A program made the position numbers and the translations under genes. Shown in pieces: positions 10,801-20,801 of a DNA stretch of 64,000 nucleotides. This stretch comes from Phallusia mammillata (Eukaryota), in NCBI GenBank assembly GCA_965637545.1, contig OZ281497.1:25668001-25732000 (forward strand). The letters run 5' to 3'. Below the pieces are notes generated by a model, which did not search any database, was not told where the DNA came from, and saw only the letters and a program-made list of their open reading frames with translations. Every line of letters starts with the position of its first letter. Position 1 is the first letter of the stretch.

Positions 10801-13800
10801 AGTTCAAGCTCTAAATTTAGAGACGAGGAAACTGTGACAAAAACCAGCACCGTCACGAAAACCGAAACGAGAAGGAAAATTGCAGAATCAAACAAAAAGG
10901 CATGTAAACTTTATTACCATTTTACTGCAATGACCACACAGTACCTTATGTACATAGAATGGGTGAGGATAATTTACATTCTAATTCAAAGACAGTATCA
11001 TGTTACTGCATGGTAATGGTATTTTATTTCCAAATCAAAGCAATTCATTCATTTGATCTTTAGTATGGTAACTGTGAACGTTTTTAGACCAAATCACAGT
11101 ATGCCAGGCCTCTTAAAGGTGCTGTATCGAATAAGCCAGTCACCAAGCATTCACCAATCTATGGCAAGGTGTAGACTAGAAAAATCTAGCCTGAAGTGGG
11201 ATTCAAACCCACGAAAAGAGTCTTTCCGGGACTAGACGCTTCAGGGCTGATCCCAGTTGTCAATTAATGTTCATCTTAACTGTGTTTACACCAGATCTTT
11301 CTGGCCTTGTTTGGTCTTGAAATTTGCACACTTCAGCACACTGTTAAAATGAAAGCAGTGTAAACAGTTTAAAAAAATATTGTTAGTATGGCATGAGGTG
11401 GTCACAACTTTAAAAACAGATACTTTTCTAGCTATTTACTCTACTATGCAAACTTTGAAGCAATGTTGTCACATTTTGGGTGAATTTGGCTAAACATGTT
11501 GATTACACGAAATAGGCTATTGCTGCCAGGCATACTGTATAACAAAGTATTGATCATCCAGCAGTTTTTTATTATAAATAATCGACGTTTCGACGTCCTA
11601 TACAAGACGCCTTCATCAGGATAATGACGTAACTTGGAGAACAAAATTCTTATAAAGCGACAAAATGCAAAACACACACACAAAAATAGCGATAAGAAGA
11701 TCGCGCGGCTGCAAACTCGCACCACGCAATGATAACACAGCTCAGTGCTGTAAAAGCGCCCGATAATTTATCGGCATTAGAACATCTGTTTTTACGTTCA
11801 TTGTGTTGGCGCGTGAATGGATGTTCCAAGACTCTAGGAAACTGCGCTTGTGGTAATCAGTTTCCTTCACCAACACCTGTGCAGCAGAAAAATTAATGCT
11901 GTGGTGGTGAGTAGTTGCATGGTTTGCCAACGNNNNNNNNNNNNNNNNNNNNNNNNNNNNNNNNNNNNNNNNNNNNNNNNNNNNNNNNNNNNNNNNNNNN
12001 NNNNNNNNNNNNNNNNNNNNNNNNNNNNNNNNNNNNNNNNNNNNNNNNNNNNNNNNNNNNNNNNNNNNNNNNNNNNNNNNNNNNNNNNNNNNNNNNNNNN
12101 NNNNNNNNNNNNNNNNNNNNNNNNNNNNNNNNCAGCAGAAAAATTAATGCTGTGGTGGTGAGTAGTTGCATGGTTTGCCAACGCTGTTGCATGGTTTTCT
12201 GCTGCACAGGTGTTGGTGAAGGAAACTGATTACCACAAGCGCAGTTTCCTAGAGTCTTGGAACATCCATTCACGCGCCAACACAATGAACGTAAAAACAG
12301 ATGTTCTAATGCCGATAAATTATCGGGCGCTTTTACAGCACTGAGCTGTGTTATCATTGCGTGGTGCGAGTTTGCAGCCGCGCGATCTTCTTATCGCTAT
12401 TTTTGTGTGTGTGTTTTGCATTTTGTCGCTTTATAAGAATTTTGTTCTCCAAGTTACGTCATTATCCTGATGAAGGCGTCTTGTATAGGACGTCGAAACG
12501 TCGATTATTTATAATAAAAACTGCTGGATGATCAATACTTTGTTATATGTTGATTACACAACTTGACGATTTTTTTAAACTTTAGGTTGATCTCGGAGCT
12601 GCTGCAAATTACAAAGGAGATGCCACGAATGTCGAGCCAGTAGCAATTGCACCACCTGCACAAACCGACACACAAGTATGTCAAAAGCATGCATTTAAAG
12701 CAGTGTTTCTCCGATTTTTTCCGTTCGCATACCCTTACAAAAGGAATAGCACAGTGTTTGCCTGCCTAAACAACTATAAAAACCTAAATGTATCATTTAA
12801 TAAAATGCAATAAAGGGTTAAATGCAAGAAAACAAATAATAAACAACCAGACCGAGGGTAAATGTAAAATTAAAATAGGTGTAATAGACACCAATATAAA
12901 GTTGATAATGTTGCATCACATAGTCTGAAAGTTGCTTTAAATCCATTTTAATGTAATTAACTGTAAGATACCTGTTTAAGGGGCCACTGTTTTAAATTAG
13001 CAGAGGCTTAAGTGGTACATTGCAATGGTAAATGTAGCAGTATGTACAAAAACCCACTAATTCATGAGTGTAAATATTGCATGTGGCTTCCTGGCAAAAG
13101 TACAAGTTTGTAATATGCCTTTCTTTGTGTGTTTTAGCACTTTTCTGGTTAAACACCTTAATCATGTTGGAACAAACTCAGTTAAAAATGATTTTTTAAA
13201 TGTAAAAAGTGTTTAAAGACTGTCTAGTAATTATGGCAAGTTTAGTTTGCAATTATGTTTATGGTTTGTGGCTTAAAAATTTTATTGTTATGACTTATAT
13301 GAAATATATAAGCTTTTAGGCATATATGATGTTTTACAGTGTGCTACCCTGATCAAGGTGTTTTATGAGATATTTTGGTTATTTTCCAATAAAAACCTGC
13401 CAGAAAACAAAAATTTGTTAAGAATGTGAAAGAAATTTCCGAAAAGTACCCTTTGTTGTTCTCTTGTTATGTCTACAATTTCTTTTATAACAGTATCACT
13501 TTTGTATTTTAGCAACTTGCTGTCGGACAAGCACAGGGTAACACAGATCTTCTAAATGACCTCTTCAGCCCACCTCCTGCTCAAGCAACCAACGTTGACC
13601 TCATTTTCGGTTCGTACATATTTGTTGACTTCTGACTTGTTTTCTGCAAACATAGCACCCTAAGAATGCTGTACAACTACTACATCATCATGTACCAAAT
13701 ATATTCAGTGCTCAAGTCCCAAACGCACATTTAAACATTGTTGACTGATAAAAGTATTTGCACTGAATATATTTGCAAAAGAGTTTTTTTTATTAAAGTA

Positions 13801-16800
13801 TGAAGAAATTTCTGAGCAAAAGATCAAAGCCAGTATTTGCGTGAAAAACATCGCAACATTTCGACAACTTTGTGAATACTGACATTAATCTTTTTGCTCA
13901 GAATTTTTAAAACCATGCATTGTGTACATATGAAGAAAATGTAAACATAAAATTAATTTCTTTGCTAAAATTGAATGCATGTAAGCTTCTACAGGCAACC
14001 AGGCTTTTTGCACTATGGCTAAATTGCAACCCTTGGAGATATATTACAATATGGTTCTGGTTGTTTGTTGCAGGTGCCAGTAATGATCCAGTACCTAATC
14101 CAGCAGCTCAAACCACTCCACAATCTCCTGGTGGTTTCGCAGACTTTACAGGATTTTCTCAAGCTACAGTGTCTTCCACGCAGTTCGTGCAACAGACTAG
14201 TAAGTACTCGTCAAATTGTTCACATTGACATACATTTCCCGGCAAAATCCCCTTTACATCTAATTGTGCAGCCGCTACTAAGCAGCAAGATGACTTCGCA
14301 GCCTTCCAGTCAACACCTGCCGCCCCTGAAGCGGCACCTAGCGACAATCTTGACCCGTTTGCTTCGCTTGCAACGATGTCCAACTCCCAACCGCAACAGT
14401 CACAACCACAAGCGGCACCACAGAGCAACTATATGGGCATGAACTCAATGATGTCCCCAACAAGCACTCAGGCTTATAACGCGCCTATAATGCCCTCCAC
14501 CGGCGCTGGTTACTCGCCGATGGGCCAGACCCAACCGATGGGTCAGACACAGCCGATGGGGGCGATGCAAGCTGGAATGGGTGCGCCCGCTATGATGCCC
14601 CAGATGATGCAACCCATGTCGCAAATTAACGGAACCGGTAAGTGATTGTTATGTTATGTTTTTGTGTGTTGTCGGTGACTTCCTGTTACTAAGTGCACCA
14701 CAAATGGTAGTTGGTGTCTACAACAGTGCTCGATCAGTTTGCCAAATTGCGGAGTGTTTCCGTTTGTGGTGTGCTGCCATAAACAGTTAAACACATTTTT
14801 TACTGCCTCCATTGTAGTGCTAAACGCTATAAATCCTTACTTGACGTTTAGTTGTGGTTGATACATGAACTTAACCAGCAGTTTTGTAGTAGGCTTGCTC
14901 AGTAACAGTTTAACTAAGCTGCTATCATTGCATTGTAGCCTAACGTTTGCTCATTTCCCTTGCCCGCTCAGTCAAAGTCGTTTTACTGCGCCAACATGGA
15001 ACATCAATTGATTTCCTGCTTTGCAAACAACAGCGCACATAACCCATCAATTATGTGTCGCATTTAGCACACAGTAGCCGCCATTGCCACTATATACACA
15101 AGGCTTCGTTTTATTTACCACCCTCAAGTGATTTGCCTACATATACTAGACACAAAAGATGAACCTAAAATGCTCACTGTGGCTGGGTTTTTATCTGGGG
15201 GACACTTATGCTCAAATAGTATATTTTTCCTTTTGGGGTAAATGTAAGGTTGTGGTAAAATTTCATTCAGAATTTTGTCCCCACGAGAAATACGCTGAGA
15301 GACTTAGTGGCCCAAGGGATTTTATAAGTTACCTTGCATTGATAACATAACTACCTAAATACTTGTAAGGATTGACGAAATTATGTTACAAAAGTTTACA
15401 TAATCGCTGTTTTTTACTATCAGTGCAATAAATATCATTACACGCGGTTTTAAACATGCTGTTAAGTGCCGAAAATTCTCTAAGCTTACACCAACTAAAC
15501 TAGTACCACCCTAATATAGCAATATGCTTAAGTCATATTGTGGTGATTGTAGCCTCACAGCAGCCTCATCAAGCGCAGTCTATGCAATCTTCTTCGGCGA
15601 ACAACAAGGCCAACTTATGGTCGGACGTAAAGGGAGTTGATATCAGCTTAGATTCGCTTGGCAAGAGGCCGAACCGCCAACAACAACAACTTTCCATGAA
15701 ACAGCTCCAAGGTCTGTAAAATCGCTAGCTTCTGCATAGAGTCTTTAGTTGCTTTGCCGCTATACTAAACACCTAACTATGCTAACTATATTGTTTATAA
15801 CATTTGGGGATGAACATTTTTGACGTGTACAAGAAATATCTGAGCGTGACGTATTTTGTGACGTCACACAAAATTACGTAACGTCACTTTGCGAGCTGGA
15901 ATTTGCAAAAAAAGTTTTTTGGGTGAATTTTTACACTAAAATACCTTACAACCAAAACTAAGAAAGTAATTTAGTTATAAACTCGTTAAAAAAACTCTTA
16001 AAGTTGTAAAAATTGTTTATTTTCTCAGAGAGAAACCATCAGCCCCAACAGCAACAGCAACAACAACCTTTGCAGCAACAGAACTTGCCTAATCAGATGG
16101 CTAACATGAATTTGGGAGGAGGTATGATGTCACCACAGCAACCACAGATGACTCAGCAACAAATGATGATGATGCAGCAACAACAACAGCAACAGCAAAA
16201 GATGATGATGTCTGGGGGTAAGCTTAAAACATGTTGATTTAAAAAAAAATTTGTTTAGTCCAAGTACATTTCACGGCCGTTTTCGAATATCACTTTAGGT
16301 ATGAATGGGTCTCGCTATTGTAAGTCGGTAAAATTGATAATAGTAACTATATGTGCTGTCCATAAAACTAAAAAGACGATGTGCATTGACTTAGATTTTT
16401 TGATCAACGTTCCTGTACAACACCAGTGGCGTTTTGTTACATGAAAAAATTTTGGACAAAGAGCCGTAAAGGCGGTATGTATACACTAAGGATTAGGGAT
16501 GGGCCAAGCCGAGCCAGAACCCGAGTACTCGACACCAAGCATCGCTGTTTAAAAATCAAAAACTTCTGGGGCCTATACAGCTTAACACATCACCGCTGGT
16601 GACGCAGGTGGCCTTGAAAAGCTACAAAACTAGAGTGGAATTGGAAATGTTCGTGACATCACAATGCACCGAGCGTGCTCGGCCGAGTAACCAAGAATTA
16701 ACTTGAGATGCTCGGTGCACGACCAAACATAACATTTGCAGTTTTGACCCATCTCTATTAAAATGGTCCGTATAATTTCAGTGTCAATAGTGTTGGAATG

Positions 16801-18045
16801 CGTTTGGTTAGTAGGCTATAGGCTCATTTTCAACCAACAGGCTCCAGTTTTAGGATATTTGGAAATCTGTTGAACATATACTGTTAATTCCACATTAAAC
16901 GAACATTGTTCAACTTTGACACATTAAATGAACGCTTACATCATACAATAATCACTTTATATGGCTGCATATACGATACATATATGTCCTACAACGCGAA
17001 TTCTTTGTACTGTTTTTCCAAAAAACAAAAAATGTTGAGCCTTTTATCTACACCAGTCCTAGTTCAATCGTTAAAGATGGACTATAATGATGAAATTCCA
17101 TTGTCTGATCAATCGTCGCGCCTTTGTTTACATATCTAGTGATTGAGGTTTTTATGTGTGCGCCACAGCAACGATGCCATACTTGTCTTACTCTATAGTC
17201 ACAATAACGTCATTAAGCAAACGCCACTGGTGTGATTCTAGAAGGTTTTATATGTCGTTTCTCATATTGAAAGAATTTTTGCTCTGTATAATGTATGTAT
17301 TGCAATTTCTGTTGGGGTAAAGTATTAGCAATAAAAATACAATAAAACTAGCTTTGAAACTTACTTTCTAGCGAAAAATGTTCTTAAACTTACATCCTAT
17401 CCCTACCCCTCTTGTCTATTAAATAAATAATTCTGATCTTTGCGCCACGAAATTTAGCTAAAAGTGGGTCTGCTGTGAGGTAGGGTAGAACTACTAACGT
17501 AAAAATTCACATACAGGTTTGCTTAATACCGATATGTCGTAAAGAGCGCAGATGTTTAACATAACAGCAAGACTTGGATAGGGTTAGGGACAAGGTTTTT
17601 TGGTAGATTTTTTTTTCATTATTATTATGAAACTTCAAACCAACCCTAATAGCCTTAATCGTCAGCATTTTGTACCCAAATTGCATTTGAAATATTTCCG
17701 TGGCGTCACCTACCGGAAAATAGCAGGCCTGTGATGTGAGTTCGTGTGTTAGTAGCTCTACCGTGAGGTATGGTGTTAGTACCTCTAACATTTTAAAAGT
17801 TCTTCTATCTATGCCACACCGAATGCACAACCAGCCACATTGTGTAATTCGAAACCAATCCTTACGTTGCAGCGATGCAGAACCAAGGTTACGGAATGCA
17901 AATGGGTATGGGAGCTTCACCAATTAACGCACAGCAAGGAATGAGGCCACAGATGGGAATGGCGACATCTGGCGGAAACATGTACGGCATGGGAACCATG
18001 ACAACGGGTCAAATGAACATGGGTTCCTACGGATACATGAAATGA
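4843..18045 (+). CDS. CLINT1: Clathrin interactor 1 / epsinR (ENTH domain), complete, 14 coding exons, 688 aa
   Basis: Exons 4843-4895, 5242-5443, 6084-6192, 6665-6835, 7644-7691, 9938-10064, 10743-10899, 12586-12675, 13513-13609, 14074-14199, 14272-14637, 15553-15711, 16029-16217, 17873-18045; sum 2067 nt = 689 codons, phases all join. ENTH motif TNVVMNYSDVEARVREATNDEAWGPSG...WRRIYK|SLLLLTYLIKNGSERVVTSAREHLYDL, then VDLGAAANY, FADF/DDFAAF adaptor motifs, WSD..VDISLD and a Met/Gln-rich tail typical of epsinR. Intron 7 needs a GC donor. Confidence 0.95.
5731..5918. mobile_element. hAT-Charlie-type MITE
   Basis: TIRs caagggttcttaacc / ggttaagaaccactg; 8-bp TSD ctctacag (5723-5730) vs ctatacag (5919-5926), 7/8. 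Confidence 0.8.
7976..8284. mobile_element. Foldback-type element: inverted arrays of a 20-bp unit
   Basis: Seven units of TTGGTGCACCTTTATATC(G/T)C at 7991-8130, five full inverted units at 8161-8260, a ~20-nt spacer, and outer IR aatatgcagga/tcctgtatatt. Confidence 0.8.
10115..10221 (+). mobile_element. Older PLE pLTR remnant with a degenerate hammerhead core, AATAAA and shared 3' tail
   Basis: CTGATGA-A-GGCGAC-ctgtatag-GATGTC-GAAA-CGTC at 10121-10156 is a variant of 12467-12502; stem II has an A-A mismatch and stem I is poor. Followed by AATAAA and TATGCGTGGCAGCAATAGCTT (10201-10221). Confidence 0.7.
11091..11248 (-). mobile_element. Second, more decayed copy of the tRNA-derived SINE
   Basis: Colinear with 2156-2317 (aaatca.agta.gc.aggc, ccaagcattc, aaatctagcc, gtgggattc.aa.ccc, gagtctttccggga); the A box is deleted. 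Confidence 0.6.
11578..11625 (-). ncRNA. Minimal type I hammerhead ribozyme, identical copy on the inverted arm
   Basis: Exact reverse complement of 12461-12508. Confidence 0.8.
11933..12132. other. Assembly gap (200 N), probably a collapsed overlap
   Basis: 11882-11932 is repeated exactly at 12133-12183; the gap sits at the apex of the palindrome. Confidence 0.85.
12461..12508 (+). ncRNA. Minimal type I hammerhead ribozyme (PLE pLTR), sense to CLINT1 pre-mRNA
   Basis: ATTATC-CTGATGA-A-GGCGTC-ttgtatag-GACGTC-GAAA-CGTC-GATTAT: intact core, 6-bp stem II, stem I 5/6 pairs, palindromic ACGU in place of stem III, predicted GUC cleavage after 12502. Confidence 0.8.
16494..16757. mobile_element. 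hAT (Ac-like TIR) MITE remnant
   Basis: TAGGGATGGG ... CCCATCTCTA termini (9/10), internal CCGAG/CTCGG subterminal motifs; TSD not recoverable. Confidence 0.55.
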
Positions 18046-20801
18046 GAAAAAATTCGTTTTGTTTTTCACCTTTGAATTCTTTCGCTGCTCTGACGCTAGT
18101 TGGCGTGCGGGAGTTCTCGCTTTGGCATTCAATTGTTACAACTTACTGCGTTCGGTTTTATTCAAATAGTCTTGTTTTTTGACAAGACTGGTCATTGTGT
18201 GTAACCCTGCGGTCCTCCATTGTTAAAGGGGAGTGTAAAACTTGAATTGTACGTCGTAGATTTCACCAATTCGCGAAAAACTCACTGAATTTTGCATTTG
18301 AAAATGCCAAAGTAACCACAACTCAACCTTATGGGCTTTTTTGGTAAAAAAAATATATTATCACCGTTCCTCTTTAACTTAATCCGAACCCAGTAGAAAT
18401 TTCCTAGTTTTGGGCCAAACGAAGATCATTGTTTTTCACTCACAAATATGCTTGGTGTGCGTTTCTCGGGTGTTGGGCATCCCCAAACGGTTATTTCCCT
18501 AAGCTAACAGGTTTGCTGGGTTCAACCTCGAAGCCATTCGCTTTCGCACTGTTTCACCAAACATAAAACTGTACTCGCTATAACGAATATCCCACTGAAA
18601 GCGTTTTCCCTAGTTACGCGCCTGGCTTTTGCGTCACAATACCACAGAGTGTAAATTTTGAACCAATAAAGGCTTGTGAGTAGGACCGTTATTAATGCTA
18701 TGGTGCAAATTGTGATATTTTTTGTTTTTATTTCGAGGTATAACCCCAAACGTTTCAAATTAGAAAGATAACCGGTTCTGGCCTCAAACAATTCAACTGT
18801 GCAAAGTTTGGCCTTGAAACTAATAATTTTGGTAGTAGTCGACGTCTATAACAAATAGGAGGAAATAAGAATTTAGGGTCCACATTTGTTGAATATTTGC
18901 TTCTAGACCTATAATAATCTCGAAATTGAAAACTTGTAGCAAAATATTTTCTCAAATGTATTTTTGATTTCATGTACAAACAGGCTGCTAACCGATTTCG
19001 AAAGTTCTGGTAAAAACTGAACCTTAAATCGAACGAAAATTCAAATCCACTTTTTTCATTTGAAATATCTCTCAAAACTATTTTTAGGAACACTTCGGAA
19101 AATATTTTATTAAATTTGCGACCGTTTTTATTGTCTTACTGTAAAATTGCTTCTTCTTTTGGCCCTCCTCCATTGTCTGTTATGGGTGACATAAAAATCA
19201 TACTAATATTCATAAAATTGTTTACAACATGAAATTCCAGACTACAAGGGCTTTATAATTGTTTCGATTTTTGGATTTTTCCCGTTTTCCATTTCTGTGT
19301 ATTTAAGTGCACTTTTTTGTATCTATCCTATATTCACATCGAACGTAGCTATAGAATTGAGTCTTTTTGTGCGAAAAACGTGTGCCATGTATATATACCA
19401 CACGATTTCAAACGTCGTAGATTTAAGAGTCACAGAAGCAGGGCCGGGTTTAAATTATTTCGAGGAAAACACTTTTAAATTTTTTATTAAATAAACCTAA
19501 AACATTATCTTGGTAGATTGTTTCAAATTTTGTTGGCATTTTATTTTCCATTATTGTGTCCTTAACTCGGCCATGCTTCCAATGAAAAGTAACGGTACTA
19601 CTAATATTTTATAAATTATCCCCCGAATTAAACTAGAATGCGTTCTAGGATTTAAACTTTATTTTGATCTTTCCCCAACGCGTATTAATATTGTATTAAA
19701 AACAACCTTAAAACGAAACTTAGTTTTTAGGTTTAGCCAGACCAAAAAAACACTAGATTCGCTTTATATGTTGTTGTCCTCCCACAAGTCTTTACCGAAT
19801 TGGACCAAATTTAGGTTTGGCCCGATTCCCTATTAGGCTAAACACATTGTCTTACATACGCGTCGCCACTTTAGCTTACCTTGCAGAAGAAAAACCGCCC
19901 TATAATGTATCTCATGCATTTTACTTAGTCGTTTTACCCGCTATATTGTCCTGCAAATCGTTTCAAGGATATATAATTTCATGTTTTCGTTTCTTATGCC
20001 CCACTGCTGGGCAAGAAATGCGAGTTTTTGCAGCGCGCAATTATTACGGTGTAGATTTTGGCTTCACATGGTTTTGGTTTTGTAATTACTTAGCCTTAAT
20101 TGTTACCAAATGATCAATAATAAACTATTGGGTGTGGTAGGTTTGCCTTTGTTTTTTGTCCAAGTCAGGAAAATGAGCTTTATTTTTTCATCAACAAAAT
20201 AGTTTTCGGCATTTTGTCTGTTTCTGGGCTTCGTTAGTGCAGTGATCTGAGTTAGTGGAAATTCAAACTATGCAATATACCCAAGATTTAAACAATACGG
20301 TGAAATGGTGGGTTGATTAGTTTTATGCACAGAAGCATGCTTGATGCGACTGGATCATTGTTTAGCTCAGAGTTGGAAATCGGTTCGGGCTCGGACTTAA
20401 ATTTAAATAAAACGGCTCTATTCGGGCCTGAATTTATTACTGATTTCTGTGATATTTTATCGCCATGTTTTCTGTTAGACTACCAAGTTTTGAAATGAAA
20501 TTAGGCAGTATTCCTATCAAAGGAATAAGTACTTAATTGTTTTCATGGTGTTGTGCCCTCTTCTTCTTACTCAGCAAATCATGCGTATCTGTTTTAAGAA
20601 TTCGCTCAGGAAACCATCAATATTTAAAATTGTATGCACGGCATGACCGCAAACCACCTAAATCGCAACAAATTGGTTTCGATGAGTCATCAAAAATATG
20701 TAACCTCGTGCCCCTTTAAAATCGACGAAGCGTATCAATCATGACACAACAAAAACGAAATTGCATCTTGTAAGATGTATGTTTGAATTTTCCTTAACGC
20801 C

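Larger units (their letters stand above)
11509..12547. mobile_element. 5'-truncated Penelope-like retroelement (GIY-YIG C-terminus + pLTR) as a head-to-head inverted duplication
   Basis: Arms 11538-11891 and 12195-12547 are reverse complements differing by one A in a poly-A run. They encode ..ALANHATTHHHSINFSAAQVLVKETDYHKRSFLESWNIHSRANTMNVKTDVLMPINYRALLQH*, the typical end of a PLE GIY-YIG endonuclease. A 29-nt tail (11509-11537) is on one side only; TSD atgttgattacac at 11496-11508 and 12547-12559. Confidence 0.88.
10900..12585 (+). other. GC-AG intron, CLINT1 intron 7
   Basis: AAG|GCATGT is the only phase-0 donor giving SNKK|VDLGAAANY; the nearby GT (gtaaac) gives phase 1 and an immediate TGA. 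Confidence 0.75.

Noticed and set aside
11096-11109. 14-nt match (13/14) between the SINE 3' end and the PLE tail, suggesting a SINE-PLE partnership
   Set aside because: The match is antisense to the tail relative to the tRNA head, is only 10/14 in the better-preserved SINE copy, and is short enough to be chance.
11933-12183. Real 200-bp unknown segment plus a 51-bp direct repeat in the palindrome centre
   Set aside because: Round gap size and an exact contig-end overlap indicate an assembly artefact; the collapsed spacer would be 52 nt.
18400-20450. Gene or bounded transposon between CLINT1 and ATXN10
   Set aside because: ORFs are uninformative; the sequence looks like transposon subterminal DNA, but no TIR, TSD or repeat partner could be shown within the window.
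20789-20798. Perfect U12 branch-site motif TTCCTTAAC just before the ATXN10 ATG
   Set aside because: No upstream RTATCCTT donor was found and no usable acceptor follows; likely chance.
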